Positions 9,207 to 20,000 of a stretch of 64,000 nt of DNA are shown here, piece by piece. This DNA comes from a virus: the IMG/VR virus record IMGVR_UViG_3300021961_008157; one strand, written 5' to 3'. Numbering within the stretch: the first letter of the stretch is position 1; each line of letters begins with the position of its first letter. The translations under genes were made by a program, and so were the position numbers. The notes beneath the pieces are model-generated. The model saw only the letters and a program-made list of their open reading frames with translations. It ran no database searches and was not told where the DNA came from.

Positions 9207-10197
9207 CCCTAGTAATTTTGTTGATGTATTGAGCAGTCCCGGTGTTTGGACTGGCAAGGGCGGTGTAACGGCTGTTACAGACTTGCTGTCAAATTCAGCG
9301 TTACAAGATAAAATTCAATTTGGTCTGATGAAATCCAGTTATGACACGCTGGTTGCATCTGGCGAAATTTCAATACCAAGATCAGCAACTGCATTACCAA
9401 CAGCACAAATTTTTGATGGCGCCACTGGCAGTTTGTCTTCTGTTAAAAGTCTATCATCAGGTTTTAGTTCAGCACTAAGCTCAGCCGGTGTTGATCTTAG
9501 CACTGGTAGAGTTGGATCAATTGAGGCAGCAGCGGCCACAGGAGGCATAAGTGGAGGCATTGCTGCGTTGGGTGGAGTAGCCAACAGTATTAGTGGCTCA
9601 TTGGGCGGCAGTATTGGTAGCATTGGTAGTGCGTTAGGTGGGCTGCCCGACCTTGGTGGATTGTTGGCCAATGCCAGTAAATTTGGTGTAGGGAATGCCG
9701 TGGATTGGGCTAAGGGCGCACTCCCTAGTGTTGATATTGGATCAATAAAAAATCAAATGGATTCGTTGGCCAAGCAAGGACAATTTGCTGTTAATTTTAG
9801 CGATTTCAAATTGCCCGCTGCTGTTGCCGGTGTTATTCCTGCTGCTGGTTTTGAAGGTACTGTTGACAGATCAACAGTAAATGCAGCCTTTACTAAACTA
9901 GTGGGTAGCGACAAAATACCCACACCAACTTTTAGTCCTCAGGCAGTTAGTACTGCATCGCTAGAAAATGCTGCTAAACAAGCTAAAAGCCTACTCAGTA
10001 CCAGTATACCCGGCGGCTTAACTGGGCTAAGTTCACTTGGCAGCAACGTACCCGGTGGTTTAGGTAATTTGTCTGCACTTAGCAGTCGACTCGATTCTTC
10101 TGTTAATTCACTTGGTGATCCTAACGCACCGCCTTACACCGGGGATGACCCTATTATCCGAGCACGATTGGGGTTACCACCTATTGAAGAAGCTTAA
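9193..10197 (+). CDS. Tail-associated Gly/Ser/Ala-rich protein; N-terminus resembles the second half of a muramidase-like domain
   Basis: GGAGG at 9180-9184 precedes ATG 9193. Begins VLSSPGVWTGKGG...LLSNSALQ, then low-complexity Gly/Ser. Confidence 0.45.
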   Translation: MPVPNPSNFVDVLSSPGVWTGKGGVTAVTDLLSNSALQDKIQFGLMKSSYDTLVASGEISIPRSATALPTAQIFDGATGSLSSVKSLSSGFSSALSSAGVDLSTGRVGSIEAAAATGGISGGIAALGGVANSISGSLGGSIGSIGSALGGLPDLGGLLANASKFGVGNAVDWAKGALPSVDIGSIKNQMDSLAKQGQFAVNFSDFKLPAAVAGVIPAAGFEGTVDRSTVNAAFTKLVGSDKIPTPTFSPQAVSTASLENAAKQAKSLLSTSIPGGLTGLSSLGSNVPGGLGNLSALSSRLDSSVNSLGDPNAPPYTGDDPIIRARLGLPPIEEA

Positions 10198-10204
10198 AAT
10201 ACAG

Positions 10205-10210
10205 TAAATA
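10205..10210 (+). promoter_or_regulatory. Late promoter box TAAATA, 5 nt before ATG 10216
   Basis: gTAAATAcagttATG with no Shine-Dalgarno. Confidence 0.55.
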
Positions 10211-10215
10211 CAGTT

Positions 10216-10590
10216 ATGACAACATTTCGAGGATTTAACACCATTGGACAATACAAGAAATTTACGCTAGTAGATTTTGAGTTAGTCAAGCGTGATCTGC
10301 TGAATGCGCTGAACATCAAGCAAGGGCAGTTAGTTGGCCGTCCAGGTTATGGAACTGCTATATGGAACTATTTGTTTGAAAATCAAACAGAAGCAACTGA
10401 GCGTGCTATACTTGCTGAAATACAGCGTGTGGCCAGCTTAGATCCGCGAATTTACATTCAGTCAGCCAACATGTATCCGCAGCTAAATGGCATACTAATT
10501 GAGCTAGAACTAATGATGGTTCCCGGACAAACTAGCGAGTTTTTAAGCATCTACTTCGACCAACAAACTGCCACTGCATCCTACGCATAA
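10216..10590 (+). CDS. Baseplate wedge subunit, gp25/GPW-like
   Basis: DFELVKRDLLNALNIKQGQLVGRPGYGTAIWNYLFE...DPRI matches the gp25 family pattern; 124 aa; precedes the gp6-like gene. Confidence 0.88.
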   Translation: MTTFRGFNTIGQYKKFTLVDFELVKRDLLNALNIKQGQLVGRPGYGTAIWNYLFENQTEATERAILAEIQRVASLDPRIYIQSANMYPQLNGILIELELMMVPGQTSEFLSIYFDQQTATASYA

Positions 10591-10592
10591 AC

Positions 10593-10624
10593 ATAAACCA
10601 CGTGGTTTATTTTTACCATAAATA
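10593..10624 (+). promoter_or_regulatory. Perfect 18-bp palindrome ATAAACCACGTGGTTTAT followed by late promoter ATAAATA
   Basis: Palindrome at 10593-10610, TAAATA at 10619-10624, upstream of the gp6-like ATG 10644. Confidence 0.7.
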
Positions 10625-10643
10625 ATCAACAAGATCAATCATT

Positions 10644-13600
10644 ATGGCAAAAACTACTAGACAAACCGCAGTATTTGGAGTTGAGGATTGGAAAAGAATC
10701 TATCAAACTTACCGCGAAGCCGACTTCCAAAGCTACGACTTTGAAACTCTGCGCAAGAGTTTTGTTGACTATATACGCTTGTACTATCCCGAGTCATTCA
10801 ATGACTACATTGAATCGTCGGAATTTATTGCCATACTAGACTTAATGGCGTTTATGGGCCAATCGCTGGCCTTCCGCTCAGACTTAAACACTCGCGAAAA
10901 TTATTTAGACACAGCCGAGCGCCGCGACAGCGTGGTTAAACTGGCAAATTTAGTCAGCTATACACCCAAGCGTAATACAGAAGCCAGTGGCTATCTTAAA
11001 GTATTTTCAATACAAACCACTGAAAATATCACAGATTACAATGGTATTAATTTAGCCAACATCACAGTTAACTGGGCTGATCCCACAAACTTTGACTGGC
11101 AAGAGCAGTTTAATGCTATTTTAAATGCGTCTTTGGTAAACACTCAACGCATTGGTCGCCCGGGCAATAGAACCACAATACAAGGTGTACGCACCGACGA
11201 ATACACAGTTAATCTAGTACCCGGATTTTTGCCAGTAATACCTTACAGCGCAGTTATTGATGGTGTTAACATGCCCTTTGAAGCTGTTAGTGCTACAGCG
11301 TCGGGCCTGCCTGCTGGTGTGGAATATGTGTATGAACCAAGCCCCCGTCCTAATGGACAGTTTGGCATGTTGTTCCGCAATGATCAATTAGGCTTTGCTT
11401 CGGACAACACCGGCTTTTTCTTCTTGTTCAAACAAGGCGTGCTACAAAATCAAGATTTTAACTTGCCCGAGCGTATTTCCAACCGAGCAGTTAATATCAA
11501 CATTGAAGGTGTTAACAACACCGACCGCTGGTTATATCAGTTAGACAACGTAGGCAACATTGCTCGTGAGTGGGACTTTGTTGAAAGTGTGTACACCGCA
11601 GCAGCCGAGCAGCAAGACGGACTGCGACCACTATATTCAGTAACCAGTCGTTCAAATGACCAAATCACACTAAACTTTGGTGATGGTGTATTTTCTGAAA
11701 TTCCTGTAGGATTCTTCCGTGCTTATGTTCGTGCATCAAATGGATTGCAGTATATTATCAATCCCGAAGAAATGCAAAGTGTGATTTTAAGCATTAACTA
11801 TGTTAGCCGCACAGGACAAATTGAAACACTTACATTCACATGCGGTATCACTGAACCTGTTAGTAATGCACTGGCACGCGAATCAATTGATGAAATTAAA
11901 CAACGTGCGCCAGCCCGCTACTACACACAAAATAGAATGGTCAATGGTGAAGATTACAACAACTTCCCATTCACTGCTTACAACTCAATTATCAAATCCA
12001 AAGCACTTAACCGTGCTTCAATTGGAACCAGTCGCTATCTTGACTTGGTTGACAACACTGGCAAATACAGTTCAACTAACACGTTTGGCAGCGACGGTGC
12101 GCTGTATGAATCAAACGAGTTGCCAACATTTTTATTCAGTTGGCTAACAACCAATGACATTGTTGACCTAATTACCAATCGTGTTGAACCTCTGCTGACA
12201 ACTGAAGCAGTCAAACAATTTTATTATGCAAACTTTCCCCGGCCGTCGCTGACTCCACTAGCAGTTAGTTGGAATCAAAGCACCACATTGGCCAATGAAA
12301 CTACTGGCTATTTTAAAAACACAGCCGGCAACCCAGTACCAGTAGGCACATACTCCAGCAGCAACATGCAGTATGTTAAAGTTGGCAGCTTGATTAAGTT
12401 TAGAGCACCAACTGGCTACTACTTTGATGCCAACAACCGATTGGTGTTAGGTACTCCCACAAGAGCCGACGAAAAATTAACAATTTGGGCCGCTGCCACA
12501 GCCATATACGTTGATGGAACCAATCAAGGACTGGGCAACTTTTCCAATGGCTTAGGCCCAATAGTGCTAAACAACTATGTGCCAACCAACGCTGAATGCG
12601 TAGAAGTTATTCCGTTATTTGTTACTGATTTGGGCACCAGTGTTAGACAAAATGCGCTGGCACAAATGGAACTGTATCGTAACTTTGGCCTGGGCTATAA
12701 CAATCTAACCAGCGAATGGTACCTGATCACAGCGTCAAATCTTGCTGTCAATGCCACCTGGAGTCAAACATATGCCGGAGATACTTCGGGCGCAAATCTT
12801 GATGCCAGTTGGATGGTACAGTTTGTTACCGACGGCGAATCATACACCGTCACCACTCGCGCACTAAACTACTATTTTGGCAGCGTACTTGAAACACGAT
12901 TTTTCTTTTACGGCGACGAACAAATTTATGACAGTCGCACAGGCACCACCATACGTGACTTTGTGCGAGTGCTAAAGACCAACAGTCGCCCCGATTCAAA
13001 CTTGCCACTTGACAGTGACATCACCATGCGGATTATTGCACAGCCTGTGTTGTCAGATGGGTATGTTGATGACTATCAAGTGTTAGTGTCTTGGCAAGAT
13101 CGTGACGCCGATGGCGTGCCCGACAATCCTGACTTTTTTGATGAAATTGTTGCACCTGGTGTAAATCCCACTGAAAAAGTTGTTTACTTCCAAAAGATTG
13201 TGGACTTTGACAATCTTGAACGTTATGTATTAGTTGCATCTGGAATAGTCAATGATCAGTATGCTACACTTGATGACATTGTTTTGGAAAAAGCACAGTA
13301 TGTTGTAGGACAAGTTTTTTATGCATACACAGATGAGCAGTTTTATATTTTAACATTGACCAGCACTGGCACCACTGTAGTGGTAGAAACCGACGAGTAT
13401 CAAACTCGTGTTGGTCGCCAGGACTTGTATTATCAATATCGCCACAACAGCGCATTGACCAATCGCATTGATCCTGGATCATCTAACATTATTGACCTCT
13501 ACGTGGTTACGCAAGATTATTATACGGCCTATAGAAACTACATTCAAGATTCCAGCGGCACGGTGCCGCAGCCTGTACCACCAACAATCAATGCATTGAG

Positions 13601-14057
13601 CACTGAGTATTCGGGATTCCAAAATTATAAAATGATTTCCGACAACATGATTGTAAATCCTGTTAAATTCAAACCATTGTTTGGTGCCAAGGCTGCCGAA
13701 GATTTAAGGGCCACAATTAAAGTTATTCGCGCTAGCAACTCAACTGCGTCGCTAAGTGAAATCAAAAGTTCAGTTGTGGCCAGTTTAGATGCATACTTTG
13801 ATATCGAAAATTGGGATTTTGGTGACACGTTTTACTTCTCCGAACTTTCAGCATACCTACATCAACAGTTAGGCAGCATTGTAAGTTCGGTTGTGTTGGT
13901 TCCATTGAATCCACAGAAAGCATTTGGTGACTTGTATGAAATACGATCAGCACCCAACGAAATATTTGTCAACGCTGCCACAGTAGTTGACATTCAAGTT
14001 ATTGAAGCATTAACCAGTACTAATCTTAGAACTGCACCTGGCAGCGGAGTAATCTAA
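10644..14057 (+). CDS. Baseplate wedge subunit, gp6-like
   Basis: DFETLRKS...FNDYIESSEF...DLNTRENYLDTAERRDSVVKLA.LVSY.P, FGDGVF and ESIDEIKQRAP..Y.TQNRMV..EDY are gp6/baseplate-J family motifs. Confidence 0.88.
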   Translation: MAKTTRQTAVFGVEDWKRIYQTYREADFQSYDFETLRKSFVDYIRLYYPESFNDYIESSEFIAILDLMAFMGQSLAFRSDLNTRENYLDTAERRDSVVKLANLVSYTPKRNTEASGYLKVFSIQTTENITDYNGINLANITVNWADPTNFDWQEQFNAILNASLVNTQRIGRPGNRTTIQGVRTDEYTVNLVPGFLPVIPYSAVIDGVNMPFEAVSATASGLPAGVEYVYEPSPRPNGQFGMLFRNDQLGFASDNTGFFFLFKQGVLQNQDFNLPERISNRAVNINIEGVNNTDRWLYQLDNVGNIAREWDFVESVYTAAAEQQDGLRPLYSVTSRSNDQITLNFGDGVFSEIPVGFFRAYVRASNGLQYIINPEEMQSVILSINYVSRTGQIETLTFTCGITEPVSNALARESIDEIKQRAPARYYTQNRMVNGEDYNNFPFTAYNSIIKSKALNRASIGTSRYLDLVDNTGKYSSTNTFGSDGALYESNELPTFLFSWLTTNDIVDLITNRVEPLLTTEAVKQFYYANFPRPSLTPLAVSWNQSTTLANETTGYFKNTAGNPVPVGTYSSSNMQYVKVGSLIKFRAPTGYYFDANNRLVLGTPTRADEKLTIWAAATAIYVDGTNQGLGNFSNGLGPIVLNNYVPTNAECVEVIPLFVTDLGTSVRQNALAQMELYRNFGLGYNNLTSEWYLITASNLAVNATWSQTYAGDTSGANLDASWMVQFVTDGESYTVTTRALNYYFGSVLETRFFFYGDEQIYDSRTGTTIRDFVRVLKTNSRPDSNLPLDSDITMRIIAQPVLSDGYVDDYQVLVSWQDRDADGVPDNPDFFDEIVAPGVNPTEKVVYFQKIVDFDNLERYVLVASGIVNDQYATLDDIVLEKAQYVVGQVFYAYTDEQFYILTLTSTGTTVVVETDEYQTRVGRQDLYYQYRHNSALTNRIDPGSSNIIDLYVVTQDYYTAYRNYIQDSSGTVPQPVPPTINALSTEYSGFQNYKMISDNMIVNPVKFKPLFGAKAAEDLRATIKVIRASNSTASLSEIKSSVVASLDAYFDIENWDFGDTFYFSELSAYLHQQLGSIVSSVVLVPLNPQKAFGDLYEIRSAPNEIFVNAATVVDIQVIEALTSTNLRTAPGSGVI

Positions 14058-17000
14058 TGGCAAAAGTAAGAACGGTAGATTTTTTACCTGAAATATTTCA
14101 AACATCTACAAACAAACAGTTCTTAGCGGCCACGCTGGATCAGTTAGTACAAGAACCAAAATTTAAAAAGACACAAGGCTTTGTTGGCCGTCGTGTTGGT
14201 CCTGGTGTCAACGCAGACAGTCGTTATGTGGTTGAACCAACACCGGCTCGTGCCAACTATCAGTTAGAGCCCGGTGTGGTTATGCTCAAACCCGACAGTG
14301 ACTCTGTTGAGGATGCTATCACCTATCCTGGCATCAATGATGCACTGGCATCGCAAGGTGCATTTACCAACAACAGTGACAGACTGTATACCAGCGAATA
14401 CTATGCGTGGAATCCACAAATTGATTTTGACAAGTTTGTAAATTTCAGTCAATACTATTGGTTGCCTAGTGGTCCGTTATCAGTTGATGTTGGTGCCACT
14501 GCTGTACCACTTACAGCCGACTATACAGTTACCAGAGAAAATGGTGTATATACTTTTTCCAATTACACTGGCAACAATCCTGCCATCACTCTTGTACGCG
14601 GGGGCAACTACACATTTAATGTAGCACAAAACGAAAAAGAAACAGAAAATTTTCGCGTTACATCAACAGGAATTTCTGCTTATGTAATTGATTATGTGCC
14701 CAATCCCACACTAACACTGGTGCGGGGTAACACTTATATTTTCAATTTAAATCTTGATGTAGCATCACCATTCTGGATTAAAACTGCACCAAGTCAAGGC
14801 ACCGGAGATCAATATAACAGCGGTGTTAGTCGTAACGGCGCACAAACAGGAAACATTACATTCACTGTGCCACAGGATGCACCCGATACGCTGTACTATG
14901 CCAGCGAAACACAGTTCAATATGCAGGGAACATTTACCATTGTTAACGGAACACCGGGCACTGGTCCTGGATTTTGGATACAAATGGAACCCGGCGTTAA
15001 TGGACGACTACCCTGGGCACCGAATATCAGCAGCCGCGATGTGCTTGGTGTAACCAATAACGGTGAAGACCTTGGAACTGTACAGTTTGATGTGCCGTTA
15101 TCCACTGCACAAAGTTTTTATTACACATTAAATTCAATTGGATCCGTTGATTTAATAACCAATTTAAAATTTGAACAAGTTAATAATCAATTTTTGTCTG
15201 AATTTTTTACTGCAAATCCAAACGGCATTGATAACATTATTAATTTAAATGGTCGCACCGTTGCATTTATCAATGACGCTCCTGACGACCAAGGCGGTTG
15301 GGAAATTGCAACACAGTTTGATCCGTTGATTAACACTGGCGGTGGCATTGCTGGCGCAGGCTCATTTGATAGTGTACCCTTTGCTCAAGCAACACCACTG
15401 ACACAAGAACAACGCTATAGTATTTGGCAAATTGAATATGTAACCACAACTGGTGGCCAGCAGTATATCAAATTGAATAGTGTATTGCCAGTTGAAAACT
15501 TAGAAAAATTTAATGTGCTGTTTGGAACAGAATATTCCAACACTGAATGGTATAAAAATGCCGAAGGCGTTTTTGAGCGTATTCCATTGTTGACTGCAAT
15601 CAGAGATGTGCTTTACTATCAAGATGGCACAGATCCTGAAATATTTGGTCAAATTCGACTCCTGGACATAGAAAATGCCAGCACAATTTTTATTTCTGAC
15701 ATTGTTGGTCGTCCAACATACACCAGCCCCAATGGCGTGGTATTCACCAATGGTCTTAAAATACAATTTCGTGGAACAACATTCCCCGCTGAATATGAAA
15801 ATAAAGAATACTATGTTGAAGGAGTAGGAACTGCAATTAGACTGCTGCCTGTTAGTGAATTTGTTACGCCTGAAACTTATACTGAAAGTGCCAGTGTACC
15901 TTACGACAGTACTCCGTATGACTTTGGCAACTTTGATTCTACAGACAATGCTCCATTAGTACCAGACTACATTACAATTAGTCGTGCCAGTCCCGACACA
16001 AACGCCTGGTCGCGATCCAATCGTTGGTTCCATATTGATGTTATCAATGCGTCGGCTGCATACAACAATACCATCCCAGTTTTAAATAACGAGTTGAGAG
16101 CCAAGCGCCCAGTTATTGAATTTAATGCTGGCACCAAGCTGTTTAATTTTGGCACAGAAGGTAAGCAACCAGTTAACATTGTTGATTTTAATGCAACTGA
16201 TGCATTCAGCAATATCAATGGTTCAATTGGTTACAGCACTGATGGATATACATTCATCACTGGCACTCGTGTTATTTTTGCCAATGATGCCGATTCACAA
16301 GTTAGAAATAAAATTTATGAAGTAACATTCATTGAACCCGATTCAGTTGATCCGTTAATTACTCAACCAATTATAAATTTAGTACCAGCTAGTGATGCTA
16401 CAGTACTAATTAACCAAACTGTTGTTGCTTTAAATGGCCTTACACAGCAGGGTAAAAGCTATTACTTTGATGGCGTTGATTGGTTATTGGCACAGGAAAA
16501 AACATCTGTTAATCAAGCGCCATTGTTTGATGTTTTTGATAGTGACGGAATAAGTTTTAGTAACCAATCAAAATATCCAAGCTCAACATTTGTTGGAAGT
16601 AAATTATTCAGTTATGCCATAGGACGTGGCGCCGCGGATCCAGTATTGAATTTTCCAATACGCTATCTAAGTCTTGCTAACATTGGTGATATTGTTTTTG
16701 ATAACAATTTGTATACTGACACATTTAACTATGTATCAGGTACATCTGGTGTGGTCGGCCAGGTTAGTGATGGATTTGTTTATCAGTATAGTAACCGTGT
16801 TTTATATTCGCGCAAAATTGGATGGGAAACAGCAGCCACACCCAGTCAAATTCGCCAGCAATTTCAATTTACATATGACGGACGTCCGTTACAGTTAGAC
16901 ATTGTGGTTCCGGAAAACAATGTAGTTCCGCCAATTTTTCTGTACGTAGCCAATGAATTTGTGCTGCCTTCTGATTATACTGTAACACGAAACGCCGAAA

Positions 17001-20000
17001 CTACATTAATCACACTCAATAACATTTATGTTCCTGACTCTGTGATTGAAGTACAGGTACTCAGCGATCAGGTTAGCGAAACTGGATTTTATGAAGTTCC
17101 GATCAATTTAGAAAACAATCCGTTCAATGCCAACAGTCCCACATTTACCTTGGGCACAGTAAGAACACACTACGAAAGTATTGCTGAAAATCTCATCAAC
17201 TTCTCGGGCGAAATCAACGGAGCCAACAACGTACGAGATTTAGGCAATGTCAGTCGCTATGGCACTATTATACTACAACAAAGTGCTCCGCTGACGCTGT
17301 CTGGCTTTTTCATGCGTGAGCCAGAATATAATATTTTCAAGTCCTTAGAGTTCAATGACAGAGAATATAATAAATTTAAGAATAGAATGTTGGAAAATTC
17401 TATTCTCAGCGAATGGGGCACACTAACCACAAGTCAAATTCTTGATTCGGTGATCACTGATCTTGGTTCAGGCAAAACAAACGTCAACAGTTTCTTTTAC
17501 AGTGATATGATTCCATCGGGCAGCGTCTACACAGAAGTTGCTCATACCGTAAGTCCAATCACCACCGGCGTGTTTGATACGGTTCAAACTTATACATTTA
17601 CATCAGCCAACTTCCTGGGATTGTTGATCTATCTTAATAATAATTTGCTAACATTAAATTATGATTATACTGTGGCTACTGATGGTCCCCGTGTTACTGT
17701 TACCGCACCGTTGGCTATTGGTGATGTGGTTACTATTCGTGAGTATACTACAACCACTGGTAGTTTTGTGCCTAACACACCCACAAAACTAGGACTGTAT
17801 CCAGCGTTCAAACCTGAAAAATATTTAGATACCAGTTACGTTAATCCTACACTGGTAATTCGTGGGCACGATGGCAGTATTACCGCAGCGTTTGGTGACC
17901 TTCGCGACGATATACTGTTAGAGTTTGAGCGCAGGATTTTTAATAACTTGAAATTACAAGGCAATCCTGTGCCACTTCTACCCGAGGATGTTATTCCGGG
18001 CTACTTCCGCACAACTGATTATACCAGCGCAGAAGTTACAAGTATTCTTAGCGAAAGTTTTCTAACCTGGTGCGGTCAAAACAAAATTGATTACAAGTCG
18101 CAGCAGTATATTAACAACAATCCGTTTACATACAATTATAGCCAAGCTGGTGACAAAGAAAAAAATCAACCGTTGCTGGGCGCGTGGCGCGGCATTTACA
18201 GAAACTTTTATGATACAATAAATCCTGCCCTTACACCTTGGGAAATGTTGGGCTTTAGCCAGCGTCCCTCTTGGTGGGTCGGTCGCTACGGTCCCACACC
18301 ATATACTGGTGATAACTTGATTTTGTGGGACGATATACAAGCAGGCTATATTGCTGATCCCGATGGACCATACATTGATGAAAAATATCGTCGTCCTAAC
18401 TTGTCAACTTACTTTATCCCCACAGGATCTGAAGGTGCGCTGCTGCCACCATTGAGCAGCGTTGTTGGCGCATATGATCCAAATGCGTTCCGTAAAAGTT
18501 GGATAGTAGGCGATGGTGGGCCAGCAGAAGCTGCTTGGTGGTCCAGCAGCAGTTATCCATTTGCTGTTATGCGCCTGCTAGCATTGACTCGTCCAGCAGA
18601 ATTTTTCAGCTTGTTTGCTGACCGCGACCTTTACCGTTATGACAGTGACCTTGGACAATATCTATACAACGGACGCTATCGTTTAGATGCTAATGGTGTT
18701 CAAGTATATGGTGGTCACACTGGCACTAACGGAAGCATAATACCAGTTAGCAAGGCCAGCTACATCAACTGGATTGTGGACTACAACCAACAGTTAGGCA
18801 TTAACTCAACTGAAGCATTAGAAGCAGCACTAGCCAGCCTTGATGTGCGCCTGTGCTGGCGTACTGCCAGCTTCACGGACAAGCAATATCTCAAAATATA
18901 CACTGAGCGCTCAAGTCCCGACAGTCAAAATTCCAGCTTGTTGTTGCCCGACGAAAGCTACAATCTGTTGCTGTACAAAAATGTACCGTTTACTTCTTTT
19001 GCCTATAGTGCTGCTATTATACAAATAGTTGAAAACGGCTACGCAGTATTTGGCTACAGCACCGTTGATCCTTATTTTAATATTTTAGCCAGCAGAGCCA
19101 ACGGCCAACTCCAAGTAGTCAGTGCCGGCGGCAGTACTGTCCGTGTACCCAAACAATATACCAATGATATTGTACAAGTGCCATATGGTTTTGTGTTTAC
19201 TAACCAATCAGCGGTGGTTGATTTCTTGTTAAGTTATGGCCAGTATCTTGCTAATCAAGGACTGATATTTGGGGAAGATCGTGAAAACGGTTATCCTCTA
19301 GACTGGCAACAAATGGCTCGCGAGTTCCTATACTGGGCCAATCAAGGCTGGGGTGTTAACAGCTTGATTAACTTGAATCCCGCTGCGACTCAGCTGATTG
19401 CAGAAAGACCGGGAGCAGTTATTGACAACGTTATGATGCAGAATATAGAAAATATAATGCTGGATCAAAATCGCCTGCCATTTGACGCTAGAAATTTAAT
19501 CATTGAACGGTTAGAAAATAGATTTAGTGTTACCAGCGCCAATGGCCAAGCTATTGCCTATGCCAATTTGCGTTATACCAGCTACGAAAATCTTGTGATC
19601 CTTGACAATGTTAGTATCTTTTCAGACTTGATTTACAACCCCACCACTGGTGCAAGACAAAATCGCGTTAATGTAACAGCTATGACAACCACTGAGTGGG
19701 ATGGCACGCTAAATGCTCAAGGCTTTGTGCTCAATCAAGATAATGTGCAGCCGTGGGCACCCAATCGGAAATATGCCAAAGGTGAAATTGTCAACTATAA
19801 AAACACCTATTGGTCAGCAGAAACAATTGTACAGCCCAAGAGAGAATTTGTTTACTCTGATTGGGTCAAGAGTGACTACACCAAAATACAAAAAGGCTTG
19901 TTGCCTAATATTGCCAACAAAGCTGATCAGTTGGCCAACAGCTACAATACGCAAACTGCCAATCTTGAACGCGACAATGACTTATTAAGTTATGGCTTAA

